From positions 71,957 to 135,956 of the forward strand of contig MPNB01000001.1 of the NCBI GenBank assembly GCA_002238805.1: DNA of 64,000 nt, read 5' to 3'. Shown piece after piece: positions 1 through 10,001 of this stretch. The notes below the pieces were generated by a model, which was given only the letters and a program-made list of their open reading frames with translations, searched no databases and was not told the DNA's origin. Origin of the DNA: Rhodothermaceae bacterium bin80 (GTDB taxonomy: Bacteria > Bacteroidota > Rhodothermia > Rhodothermales > Bin80). Every line of letters begins with the position of its first letter. Position 1 is the first letter of the stretch. Position numbers and translations under genes: made by a program.

Positions 1-1
1 T

Positions 2-247
2 AATGCTGCCGGCATACAAGTCACCGCGGAAAGGACCGCCTACATCGGAGATTCCGTAGACGATATAACCGCTGCACGTGCGGCAGGAATGCTCTCTATC
101 GGTGTCGTGCCCCCACACTTGAACCCTCAGACACATGAACCCCTCTTACATGAACGCGGAGCACATTTGGTTGTAACTGACCCAAACAGTCTTCCCGAAA
201 AAGTATCTTGGCCTAATGATTGGGCCGGAGAAATTTTTGAAGTATAG
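2..247 (+). CDS. HAD-family hydrolase, C-terminal fragment (runs off window start)
   Basis: Manual translation of frame 2 gives ...TAYIGDSVDDITAARAAGMLSIGV..., HAD motif IV (GDSxxD); stop TAG at 245-247. Confidence 0.8.
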   Translation, partial: NAAGIQVTAERTAYIGDSVDDITAARAAGMLSIGVVPPHLNPQTHEPLLHERGAHLVVTDPNSLPEKVSWPNDWAGEIFEV

Positions 248-405
248 CCATAAAAAAGGCACCGCAAACACCTGGAAATGTCGTGCGATGCCCTGTCCCT
301 GGCTTCCACTCACTGGAAGACAACCTAGCCTACGGAGGGTTTTACCGGAGGTTGCACATGTGGTTGGGAATTTGAAGTGCGTCACACTTATTGTATCGCT
401 GATCC

Positions 406-1263
406 ATGTTACGGCTGCCATTCTTTCTTGCCCGTGGTTTTGTAGCTGCTGAAACGCTTTCTGGCGCGATCCCTGTAATCCGGCAGCTGCATGACAAGGG
501 AGTGCTCACAACAGTGGACCTACTCGGCGAGCACGTAACGCGTCGAGATCTGGCACTGCTGGGGCGTGACAACTACATCCATCTATTGCAGACGCTGGCC
601 TCAGAACCTCAACTGGAGCGCAATATCTCCATCAAGCTTTCCATGATCGGACAGGTGATCGATGAAAATTTTTGTCACGACAACCTGTGTACTCTCTTGG
701 ATGAGGCCCGGGCGTTGAACGCCTTCGTGCGACTTGATATGGAAGGTAGCTCGGTTCTGGAGTCAAGTCTTCGCATTTTTGAGTCCGTACTACCCGAGTA
801 TCGTGAACATGTGGGTATTGTGCTGCAAGCGTACCTGAAGCGTACCGAAGAGGATGTGAAACGTATGTGCCGTTTGGGCGCGCGCGTGCGCCTATGCAAG
901 GGCGCATACCGTGAACCCTCGACGATTGCCTGGCGGCCCATGCCGAAAATCCGCACACAGTTCATCCGCTGTATGCACATCCTGCTTCGAGACGGCAATT
1001 ACCCCGCCATAGCCACGCACGACGACGCACTCATTGAAAGCACCAAAGCGTACGCCTTGGAAAAAAGCATCGACGCATCAAGATTTGAGTTCCAGATGCT
1101 CTACGGTCTGCGCCAAAAAACACAGGTGCGTATCGTCCGCGATGGGTACAACATGCGTGTTTACGTGCCCTATGGTCGCATGTGGCTACCCTACTATGCA
1201 CGTCGGCTCCGTGAACGACCCGAAAACGTCTCTTTCCTGCTGCGCAATTTTCTGCGATCCTGA
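406..1263 (+). CDS. Monofunctional proline dehydrogenase
   Basis: FVAAET, DLLGE, SIKLS, RLDMEG, RLCKGAY, ATHD, EFQMLYG and YVPYG motifs. Confidence 0.93.
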   Translation: MLRLPFFLARGFVAAETLSGAIPVIRQLHDKGVLTTVDLLGEHVTRRDLALLGRDNYIHLLQTLASEPQLERNISIKLSMIGQVIDENFCHDNLCTLLDEARALNAFVRLDMEGSSVLESSLRIFESVLPEYREHVGIVLQAYLKRTEEDVKRMCRLGARVRLCKGAYREPSTIAWRPMPKIRTQFIRCMHILLRDGNYPAIATHDDALIESTKAYALEKSIDASRFEFQMLYGLRQKTQVRIVRDGYNMRVYVPYGRMWLPYYARRLRERPENVSFLLRNFLRS

Positions 1264-1268
1264 CCGGA

Positions 1269-2255
1269 TTATCCGGATTCCGCTGCCAAAAACCGCTCCG
1301 CGTCTATTGCTGCCATGCAACCGGTCCCCGCTGCAGTGACGGCCTGCCGATAGACATGGTCCTGCGCATCTCCACACGCAAATACACCGGGGATGTTGGT
1401 TTGAGTTGATCTTGGCCGAGTCTCAATGTATCCCTGCTCATCCACGTCAAGCCAGGACCTGAAAAGCGTCGTGTTCGGTGTATGTCCGATCGCTACAAAG
1501 AATCCACGGACTGCCAGATCCCGTTCGGAGTTATCGATCACATTCCTGAGCCGAACACCGGTCACTTCGTCTGCACCCAGTATATCTGTAACGATGGTGT
1601 TCCAGATGATCTTGATCTTCGGATGCTCCTTCACGCGTTGCTGCATGATCTTTGATGCACGCAGCTCGTCTCTTCGGTGGATCAGCCAGACCTTTGACGC
1701 GAAACGCGTCAGGAAAAGCGATTCTTCCATTGCGGTGTCACCTCCACCGACCACAGCCAAGTCTACCCCCCGGAAAAACGCACCATCACACGTTGCACAC
1801 GCAGATACTCCGCGCCCCAATAAGCGTTTTTCGTTTTCCAAACCCAGATAACGGGCTGAGGCGCCCGTGGCAACAATGACGGTATCTGCGAGAATCCCCG
1901 TTTCCTCATCCACCACAGCCTTCAGTGGACGTTGGGAAAGATCAAGATGAGTTATCTCACCGTACTTCACTTCGGCCCCAAAGCGAACTGCCTGAGCTTT
2001 GAAGTCCTCCATCATGGCCGGTCCAAGAACTCCGTCCACATAACCCGGATAGTTCTCTACATCCGTGGTCGTTGTGAGCTGTCCTCCGGGCTCAAGTCCT
2101 TCATAGACAACCGGAGCAAGATTTGCTCGAGCCGCATAGAGCGCCGCGGTGTACCCCGCCGGACCGGAACCAATTATGAGCACCCTGTGGTGTGCTGCAC
2201 CCTCAAACGAAATTTCGTGGGGAATCGGAATGGACGACATTTTATCTGGGTTCAC
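1269..2255 (-). CDS. trxB: Thioredoxin-disulfide reductase
   Basis: [37 protein letters not shown]. Confidence 0.97.
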   Translation of the reverse strand: MNPDKMSSIPIPHEISFEGAAHHRVLIIGSGPAGYTAALYAARANLAPVVYEGLEPGGQLTTTTDVENYPGYVDGVLGPAMMEDFKAQAVRFGAEVKYGEITHLDLSQRPLKAVVDEETGILADTVIVATGASARYLGLENEKRLLGRGVSACATCDGAFFRGVDLAVVGGGDTAMEESLFLTRFASKVWLIHRRDELRASKIMQQRVKEHPKIKIIWNTIVTDILGADEVTGVRLRNVIDNSERDLAVRGFFVAIGHTPNTTLFRSWLDVDEQGYIETRPRSTQTNIPGVFACGDAQDHVYRQAVTAAGTGCMAAIDAERFLAAESG

Positions 2256-2335
2256 TCACTCCATACAAGGCACACGCACTAGGCGATACCGTGCATATAA
2301 ACTGGAACGGTTGTTTCCCGAAAGACTTCGGTTTG

Positions 2336-2668
2336 TCAGGCTGTCTGGCTGATAAGCGCGTCAAGCCTTTTCTGAAACTCCCGCTTCCTGGCCGACCCTA
2401 TCATCTGATCACGCACCTGCCCATCGACAAAAAAGAGCAGCGTCGGAATTGAGCGTACACCATATTGCATTGCGGTCTGTGGATTTACATCAACGTCAAC
2501 CTTGCCAATCTTCACCCGGCCGGCATACTCAGTGGCCAGTTCGGATACGATTGGTGCTACCGCTCTACACGGACCACACCAAGCAGCCCAGAAGTCAACG
2601 AGTACGGGAATATCGGATTCCAGCACTTCGGTTTGAAAGTTAGTATCAGTCAGCTCAATAGCAGCCAT
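2336..2668 (-). CDS. trxA: Thioredoxin
   Basis: WCGPC active site; start placed at MAAIEL (ATG 2668). Confidence 0.96.
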   Translation of the reverse strand: MAAIELTDTNFQTEVLESDIPVLVDFWAAWCGPCRAVAPIVSELATEYAGRVKIGKVDVDVNPQTAMQYGVRSIPTLLFFVDGQVRDQMIGSARKREFQKRLDALISQTA

Positions 2669-2729
2669 GATTCTCGAGTATTGTTTAGATAGTGTATTGT
2701 ACGCAGAACTGGTGCGCAAGTTATGGGAA

Positions 2730-5012
2730 TTATGCAGCAACTCGGCGCGCCATGTGTTTCGGAATAGATCCGAAGTAGACCGTCCTCATCGCGTCCGTAG
2801 TGCAGTGCAATACACTCTTACCTCCGACAGCAACCGATAGTGCCGGATTTGAGGAAACGGCCCCCAGGACGGTTAACTGTACGTCTGGATGCTCGGCAAC
2901 AAGCGTCTCTAACTGATCCGCCTTTGACCGCGCTGCCGTAAGCAATATCCGAGACTGTGCCTCGCCGAAAAGTAAAGCATCCGTGCGGGCCATGCTCTCG
3001 GGGTTCAGTCGAATATCCACGCCCAGGTTTTCTGAAAAAAGGACGCATTCCGCCAAAGCCACAAGCAACCCTCCGTCAGAAACATCATGTGCACTTGTAA
3101 TAAGTCCAGACTGAATCATGGCGAGGGCAGACTCCTGTACCGCACACTCCTCTGTCATATCCAGATGGGGGGCATCTCCACGGGTTAGCCCGTGGCGTGT
3201 GTACAAGTATTCTGTTGCTCCGAGCTCGCAATGCTGCGTGCGAAAATTCCAGGCCTTCGGACTAAGTAAATAGATCGTGTTGCCTGGTGTGCACAATCCT
3301 GACTGTGTCGCGTGAGCAGTGACATCCTCCACCAGCCCCAACATCCCTATGGTCGGAGTCGGGAAGACTGCTCCCCCCGGGTTTTCGTTATAGAACGAAA
3401 CATTACCACCGGTTACTGGAGTATTGAGCTTTCTACAGGCATCGCCCATACCCCTCACGGCCTCCTTGAAAGTCCAGTATACCTCCGGCTTGTACGGATT
3501 ACCAAAATTGAGACAGTTGGTGATTGCCAGTGGACGCCCACCGGTACATACCACATTGCGAGCAGCTTCCGCAACGGCTATCTGGCCTCCTTTGTACGGA
3601 TTCAGATAGACATAGCGTCCGTTGCAATCTGTTTTTACTGCCAGGCCTTTGTCTGAATTCTTGATCCGTACCACTGCTGCATCCCCGGGCCCTGGAGCGT
3701 TGATGGTACCGGTGCGCACCATGGTATCATACTGTTCATACACCCACTGCTTGGATGCGATATTGGGGGACCCCAGCAGACTGAGTAGGGCGCTTTCCAC
3801 CTCGTGCACATGCAGATCCTCTATTGCAGGCAGCACAAAGGTTGTATCCAAGTAGCCCGGTCGGCGACTTTCGCGATGATAGACTGGGGCGCCTCCCCCT
3901 AAAACCAGATGATCGGCCTCCACGTCAGCCACCTGCTCTCCCCTGTACTGTACCTGAACTCGACCCGTATCCGTGACTTCTCCCACACATACCGCGTACA
4001 GATCCCATTTGATAAAGATAGCCTGCAGCTCCTCTTCTTTACCGGGTACACAAACCAGTAACATGCGCTCCTGGCTTTCAGACAGCATAATTTCGTAGGC
4101 GGTCATATCGGCTTCACGAACCGGTACATGGTCCAGGTTCAGGCGCATGCCGGCGCCACCTTTTGCACTCATTTCACACGAGGAACATGTGATGCCCGCT
4201 GCCCCCATGTCCTGTATGCCGACGACTACACCTGCAGCAAGCGCCTCCAGTGTGGCCTCCAGGAGTAATTTTTCCGTGAAGGGGTCGCCTACCTGTACAC
4301 TCGGACGTTTTTTTTCGCTCTCTTCGGATATTTCCTCGGACGCGAAGGTGGCTCCGTGGATACCGTCTCGGCCTGTTGCCGAACCTACAATAAAGACCTT
4401 ATTGCCAGCACCCTCTGCAATAGCAGACGCAGTGCCATCCACTTTCACAATCCCCACACTCATGGCATTCACTAGCGGGTTACCCTCATAAGCCGGATCG
4501 AAGTACACTTCTCCGGCCACGGTAGGGACACCAAACGAATTCCCATAGTCACCAATCCCGCGAACAACACCATCAAACAGATACCGCACTCTGCTATGCT
4601 CAAGGGACCCGAACCTCAGCGAATTAAGTGCGCAGATCGGGCGCGCACCCATGGTAAAGATATCGCGATGAATTCCCCCTACGCCGGTCGCAGCTCCCTG
4701 ATAGGGTTCAACGGCCGAAGGGTGATTATGACTTTCAATCTTGAAAGCGACTGCCAAGCCATCGCCAATATCGACCAGTCCGGCATTCTCGTCTCCCGCA
4801 CCAACCAGCAGGGCGCCTCCTTCGCGAGGCAAAGTTTTCAGCATCGCAATGGAGTTCTTGTACGAGCAGTGTTCGCTCCACATGACCGAGTAGATCCCCA
4901 GTTCGGTTATGGTTGGCGTTCTTCCCAACCGCTCCAGAATCCATCTGTATTCCTGGTCCGTGAGTCCGTGCTCAGCGGCCAATGCCTCATCGACAATGAT
5001 TTCGGTATTCAT
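2730..5012 (-). CDS. purL: Phosphoribosylformylglycinamidine synthase subunit PurL (short type)
   Basis: [48 protein letters not shown]. Confidence 0.97.
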   Translation of the reverse strand: MNTEIIVDEALAAEHGLTDQEYRWILERLGRTPTITELGIYSVMWSEHCSYKNSIAMLKTLPREGGALLVGAGDENAGLVDIGDGLAVAFKIESHNHPSAVEPYQGAATGVGGIHRDIFTMGARPICALNSLRFGSLEHSRVRYLFDGVVRGIGDYGNSFGVPTVAGEVYFDPAYEGNPLVNAMSVGIVKVDGTASAIAEGAGNKVFIVGSATGRDGIHGATFASEEISEESEKKRPSVQVGDPFTEKLLLEATLEALAAGVVVGIQDMGAAGITCSSCEMSAKGGAGMRLNLDHVPVREADMTAYEIMLSESQERMLLVCVPGKEEELQAIFIKWDLYAVCVGEVTDTGRVQVQYRGEQVADVEADHLVLGGGAPVYHRESRRPGYLDTTFVLPAIEDLHVHEVESALLSLLGSPNIASKQWVYEQYDTMVRTGTINAPGPGDAAVVRIKNSDKGLAVKTDCNGRYVYLNPYKGGQIAVAEAARNVVCTGGRPLAITNCLNFGNPYKPEVYWTFKEAVRGMGDACRKLNTPVTGGNVSFYNENPGGAVFPTPTIGMLGLVEDVTAHATQSGLCTPGNTIYLLSPKAWNFRTQHCELGATEYLYTRHGLTRGDAPHLDMTEECAVQESALAMIQSGLITSAHDVSDGGLLVALAECVLFSENLGVDIRLNPESMARTDALLFGEAQSRILLTAARSKADQLETLVAEHPDVQLTVLGAVSSNPALSVAVGGKSVLHCTTDAMRTVYFGSIPKHMARRVAA

Positions 5013-5494
5013 CAATTTATTGCCTGGTGGCCCTTTTACCACTTACTGCGATAAGTTACCCCAATATGAAGAGTTTTCCACATTCATATACAAAAGTGTT
5101 GATACAGTGCTGGCACTATTGACGCCAGTGTGTCGTATTTCGAGACGACTGCGATCTCCCAGGAATCCGACAACATGTACTTAATCGGAGTATTGCAACA
5201 ACATCAATTCGGTGTATGCCCGCTTCGTGTCTATCTTTTTTCAGGTTGCAGGTGTAGGAGCCGGCTGTAACTCCAGATAAAGCCCCCCAATCCAGTGGAG
5301 CTGATGAAGAAGGGTGACACACAATTACGAATCCAAATTCAGCAAGCGCTCGTATAGTTCACCACGGACAGACCCAATTTATGGGACGAACTCCCAGTCA
5401 TACACCTGGATTCACTCGCCGGTAATTTAAACGCCAGCCTATCTGGAATGGAATCTGCCAAAACACTTCCTTTGTAACCAAACACTGAGTTTCT

Positions 5495-6781
5495 ATGATG
5501 AACCGTGAGACATCCATACGGGCCTCAATCATTTTGCTGGTTGCATTTTTTGTGACTGTCGATGTTTCAGCACAAGTTTACTTTGTAGCTGATGAAAAGA
5601 GGATAAGCGTGAATGGGAGGATAATAGAATCCAGTAACCTACCCAAAAACCTGCCTGATCTAGTGCCGCGGGGTTTTTCTTTGTATTCTGTCGGTTCTTT
5701 TCCAATGCGGGTCAAAATCAATGATTTAACATACGAGATTTGGAGAGATAGAATTGTAGAGTCTTGCGGAACTGGTAACTTGAGCTTCAAGCTCCAGATA
5801 GGTCCAGACCCAGATTTTATCGAAATAGCGACTATGGGTTCAGGCAGTAAGGAACCCCGTCACCAGATTGAGACACCATTTTTGGTCAACTCGTTCAAGG
5901 GAGATGGACAGGAAACAGATCTGTTTATCAATTATGGAATCCCTCCAGAATCCATCCCTGATTTGCCGAAAACAACAATAGCAAGTGCGGACTTTCACAC
6001 CTACGCAGCTTTGGACTCCATCATTGATTACCCGAACGGAACAATAGAGGTAAATGCAAACGTTACGTCGTATCTCAGTGACGATCAAGGAGAAACCCAC
6101 GCTGAGCGTACGAAAAACATTGATGGCTTCTCTACCAATCAGATTGTGGCATTTCCTGATCAGAATCTATTGGTTGGTACACAGCAGATGCAACTTCAGC
6201 CAGGCACATATGAACTCTTCGTCGTACTCGAGATGGCCAGCAAAGAGACTCACGGTGTTTGGACTCGGGAGATTTCGGTGCCGGATTATGATCAGATCGG
6301 CGTCACATTGAGCGATATTATGCTTGCTTATTCTGTCGAACAAGCTGAAAATGGTGTGCCCCCGAGCACGAATGAAATTATTCGAAATGATCTCTCTATA
6401 CTGCCGGCACCACGGAGTCTATATTCTACTGAGTTGCCGATCTATCTGTACTTCGAGATCTATGGGTTAACCCTAAATGCTCAGGGGAGAACTGATTATG
6501 ATGTAGAAATCACATTGGAACCCAAGAATACTGATCGTCGGATCCGGCGTGTGATAAGGAGCATATTCGGTAAGAAGCGGAACAGAGAGGGGGTGTCTGT
6601 AAGCTATACGGAGAACGGTTCACTGCGCGAAGAATCTTTGTACCAGATTCTGGATGTCAGTGACCAGAAAACAGGACCATACACACTAACCCTGGTTGTT
6701 CGGGATAATGAGACGGGTAAAGAATCCGAACGGACACAAAGCCTGTTTTTGGAGAGATGGGGGTTCCCATGTAGTGAGTGA
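5495..6781 (+). CDS. Secreted hypothetical protein; C-terminal part resembles the Ig-like region of GWxTD-family proteins
   Basis: Signal peptide; LSDIMLA...IYLYFEIYGL...YTLTLVVRDNETG pattern; no GWxTD motif seen. Confidence 0.55.
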   Translation: MMNRETSIRASIILLVAFFVTVDVSAQVYFVADEKRISVNGRIIESSNLPKNLPDLVPRGFSLYSVGSFPMRVKINDLTYEIWRDRIVESCGTGNLSFKLQIGPDPDFIEIATMGSGSKEPRHQIETPFLVNSFKGDGQETDLFINYGIPPESIPDLPKTTIASADFHTYAALDSIIDYPNGTIEVNANVTSYLSDDQGETHAERTKNIDGFSTNQIVAFPDQNLLVGTQQMQLQPGTYELFVVLEMASKETHGVWTREISVPDYDQIGVTLSDIMLAYSVEQAENGVPPSTNEIIRNDLSILPAPRSLYSTELPIYLYFEIYGLTLNAQGRTDYDVEITLEPKNTDRRIRRVIRSIFGKKRNREGVSVSYTENGSLREESLYQILDVSDQKTGPYTLTLVVRDNETGKESERTQSLFLERWGFPCSE

Positions 6782-7367
6782 GCGGGTAGGCGAAGGGTCA
6801 GAGTGTAACCTTTGGAAATATATCTCAAACTGAAACTTATAAAACCGAACGGCTTCTGGAAGAAGACTCCGCAGTACTGCACGACATGGCTTGGCTGCAT
6901 CTGCTTCCAGTGAAATTACCGTGCTTGTCCAGGTTTTCGTTTAGTCCCTCGAATTTCTCCAAGTAACCCAGACCCGTATTCATGTTTTACAGCGTTTCTG
7001 AACGCATGAAGCAATGGTTATTTCCATATTAGTAGGGAAACTCATTTTCGGAGACCGACGAGTGAACAGACCCAGAAGCGCTAAAATCTGATGTTTTCAC
7101 GGACAGGCGAAGCGTCTAAAGATCTGGGCTTCCATGCCTTGATTGATGCTCAGACCTGTACCAAGCCATACCTCAAAAACAGAAAGGAACCATCGCTGGA
7201 TCTAGACGGTGATCCCGAATTAATTGAGCCACTTCGTCATGGTCAACCGGTCGTTTCGAGGACATGTAACCAACTCAGAGTACAGGATCTCTGATAAACC
7301 GAATCGTCGGAACAATGTGACTGGAATCGAACTAATTGCGTCTAACCATAAACCAGACATAAATACC

Positions 7368-8009
7368 ATGAAATCCCTAGTTCAAGTTGTTCTCCTATCA
7401 GCTATCGTCATGGTCGCGGCGTGTGACAGTGCCGATACCGAACCAGAAAATACCCCGTTAAGCGAGCGCGAAACAGAAGAGCTACTGACAGCATTGTTGG
7501 TGGTGGTGTCAGATACGATGCCACAGATTACAGCCACTCACAGCCCAGAAGAATTCACCATCGCGTGCCCTGAAGAAGGGGAGATGCGTTTGTCGGTTAA
7601 TGTTACTGATGCAATGCCCAACGATAGCACATCACGTCTATCCATTGGGGTTGACTTCACTCCAAACGGGTGTGGAATCAAGGGTGACGAGGGGACAGAA
7701 TTTACGCTGGATGCCGAACAGAGCATTAACTACCTCTCTGTTTTAACTATCCAGGGTTTCTTTAGCGATGTGGAACTTGAAGGAGGCCTAGATGGACAAC
7801 TAGACTGGATGGTGGAAAGCCGATCAGGTACGTGCACAATTGACTTGGACGCGGAACTGGAAGTGAGCACAGACCTGTCAAACGCCCGTAGCCTGTTGGC
7901 TGGCAGCGCGTGTGGTCACGAATTGGCTCTTGTTGATACCAGTTCGTTCCTCCAGAGTGGACCGGAGAGTGAACAGATCCGGCGCAAGCCTGTTCGTCCT
8001 CGGTTCTAA
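7368..8009 (+). CDS. Putative lipoprotein
   Basis: MKSLVQVVLLSAIVMVAAC lipobox; acidic mature part with several Cys. Confidence 0.7.
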   Translation: MKSLVQVVLLSAIVMVAACDSADTEPENTPLSERETEELLTALLVVVSDTMPQITATHSPEEFTIACPEEGEMRLSVNVTDAMPNDSTSRLSIGVDFTPNGCGIKGDEGTEFTLDAEQSINYLSVLTIQGFFSDVELEGGLDGQLDWMVESRSGTCTIDLDAELEVSTDLSNARSLLAGSACGHELALVDTSSFLQSGPESEQIRRKPVRPRF

Positions 8010-8071
8010 TCTGAAAGTTGCTTGCGCAGTGACGTTGTCTTTCAGCAATACTGTAATAGTCCACACTAACC

Positions 8072-9220
8072 ATGTCTTCCCTTATGTTGGACATTTTGCC
8101 ATACGTCAGGCGTAGCCTTGTTTTATCGGGCGTGATTCTGCTGCTTCCGCTGATAACATCTGCTCAGTCAGTAATTCATCCGACGAAGGAAAATATTCCT
8201 GTCTCCTCGGATCCTCGCTTTGAGTTAGGGCATAATGATAACGAGGAGGTATGGAGTTGGGACATGATGGATATAGCAACGGTAGGTGTTGACGAGGGGG
8301 ATGCACACGAAATGATTGGGATGGTGTGGGATTTTGATGTCGATCACAAGGGTACCATGTACTACGTCGATCTAATGGGTAGAGAAGTTCGTGCCTATGG
8401 TTACGATGGCAAATTTATTGCTGTGGTGAGCACTGCTGGAAGTGGCCCGGGCGAGTTCAGACAACCCGGAGGGCTCGCAGTTATAGAAGACGGCCGTAAG
8501 ATAATTGTAGGTGATTTTGGCGTGGGTCATGTGTTTCAACGTGAAGGGGATACATTCAATCTGATTTCTACAAATCATCCTGAATACCCGCAAGGGGATG
8601 CACTCTGTGCCATGAATGGATTTTACTATAAGCAGAGTTATGTTGGGAAGGAACACGGTGGTGTGATTCACAAATACACGCTGGGAGGTGATTGGGAAAA
8701 GTCCTTTGGGAAACCATACAATTACGAAAGACACTTTGTTGTATCTGCGATTGTTGGGGACGCCATGCTTGCGTGCAACGCAAAGCACGGCGTGATTGCT
8801 CAGACTACCAACCATATTCCTGCAATGACAGGATATTCGGAGGATGGAGAAGAGCTCTGGCAGGTCACGTTTTCAGATTACCGTAGCGACATAGTACTCG
8901 AGGTAGAGAAGGGGCTAAGATATCACACTGTTCTGCATGAGGACAATGCGTCGGTGTTCAAATCACTCTTTTCTGATGGAGATTATTTCTACGTAACCTA
9001 CAGTCACTTAAAAAGAGATTTGAAAAATATACCGCCTATCAAATTTATGGAAAATCACATATTTCGTGTTGATGCACGAACAGGTTTGGGACATTATCTG
9101 GGTGCTGGTCCGGAACCTGGTGAACATCTGTTGGCAGTAGACGGTGAATATCGTTTCACTACAACGCAAAACGAGGGATTTCCACAAATCCGAGTTTACA
9201 AACCTGGACAATCGCAATGA
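8072..9220 (+). CDS. Secreted 6-bladed beta-propeller / NHL-like protein
   Basis: Signal peptide; GSGPGEFRQPGGLAV NHL-like motif. Confidence 0.7.
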   Translation: MSSLMLDILPYVRRSLVLSGVILLLPLITSAQSVIHPTKENIPVSSDPRFELGHNDNEEVWSWDMMDIATVGVDEGDAHEMIGMVWDFDVDHKGTMYYVDLMGREVRAYGYDGKFIAVVSTAGSGPGEFRQPGGLAVIEDGRKIIVGDFGVGHVFQREGDTFNLISTNHPEYPQGDALCAMNGFYYKQSYVGKEHGGVIHKYTLGGDWEKSFGKPYNYERHFVVSAIVGDAMLACNAKHGVIAQTTNHIPAMTGYSEDGEELWQVTFSDYRSDIVLEVEKGLRYHTVLHEDNASVFKSLFSDGDYFYVTYSHLKRDLKNIPPIKFMENHIFRVDARTGLGHYLGAGPEPGEHLLAVDGEYRFTTTQNEGFPQIRVYKPGQSQ

Positions 9221-10001
9221 GCCGGGAAAATCCTCGATTTTCCAGGCGGCGCAGGAGGTCTGACGCAGGCCATGAAAATGGACGATGGTGGTGGTTGTCG
9301 GCTACGGCAATTATTATCGTGGCTTTTTTTGCTTGGATCCAGGGGATGGCTCCCCGGGACACCCAGCATAGAGATACACTGGCCTGTTGAATCTTCTACG
9401 TCTGGGTATATACCGTCTTATACAGATACGTTTGCCCCCTCCCAGGATATTCTTGACGAATTCGAGAGATCGGCTTGCCTTCCGATGTTCAGGCTTTAGC
9501 TGAGTGACGGGTAACAACCACAACCCATCCTTTTATTTTCTTCACAGGGCTGCCGGAACACCCCTCCCGTACTTATAGCCACTTCTGCGTCTGGAACGGT
9601 AACGATTGCGTTGTACGGTTTTCTGGGTGGTGTTAAGGGAGCTAAGTTCAAGCTTAAGTACTTCGAAGCTGCTGGTAGCGAGACTATCTTTTGGATATCA
9701 CGCAGCATGCAAACTTGTGTCACGGATTACCCGTTCCAGGAAGTGTTTTTCTTAGGTTCTATCACATAATATTGTGGCTAGAAGTTAGGTTGCCGTAGAA
9801 AAATTTGCATCTCGAGACATGCATTTTTTCTGTATTTCCAAGGGTAAGAGGCACCCTAAACATAAGCTGACCATTACTATTTGCGAGGAATCCGATATGA
9901 CCGGGGTTGTCTCGCGGATAGAGCAATGCCCCGTTCCCGTGCTTCCCCCAGATGCTTTGCGCACTTACCTAAAATGTGATCCCAAACTATTTGCTCCTCA
10001 G

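Noticed and set aside
5101-5150. Hairpins upstream of purL as a possible ZTP or purine riboswitch
   Set aside because: The conserved aptamer motifs are not recognisable on the minus strand
9500-9990. Possible transposase or TnpB remnant
   Set aside because: Only a few residues of resemblance; not supportable without a search
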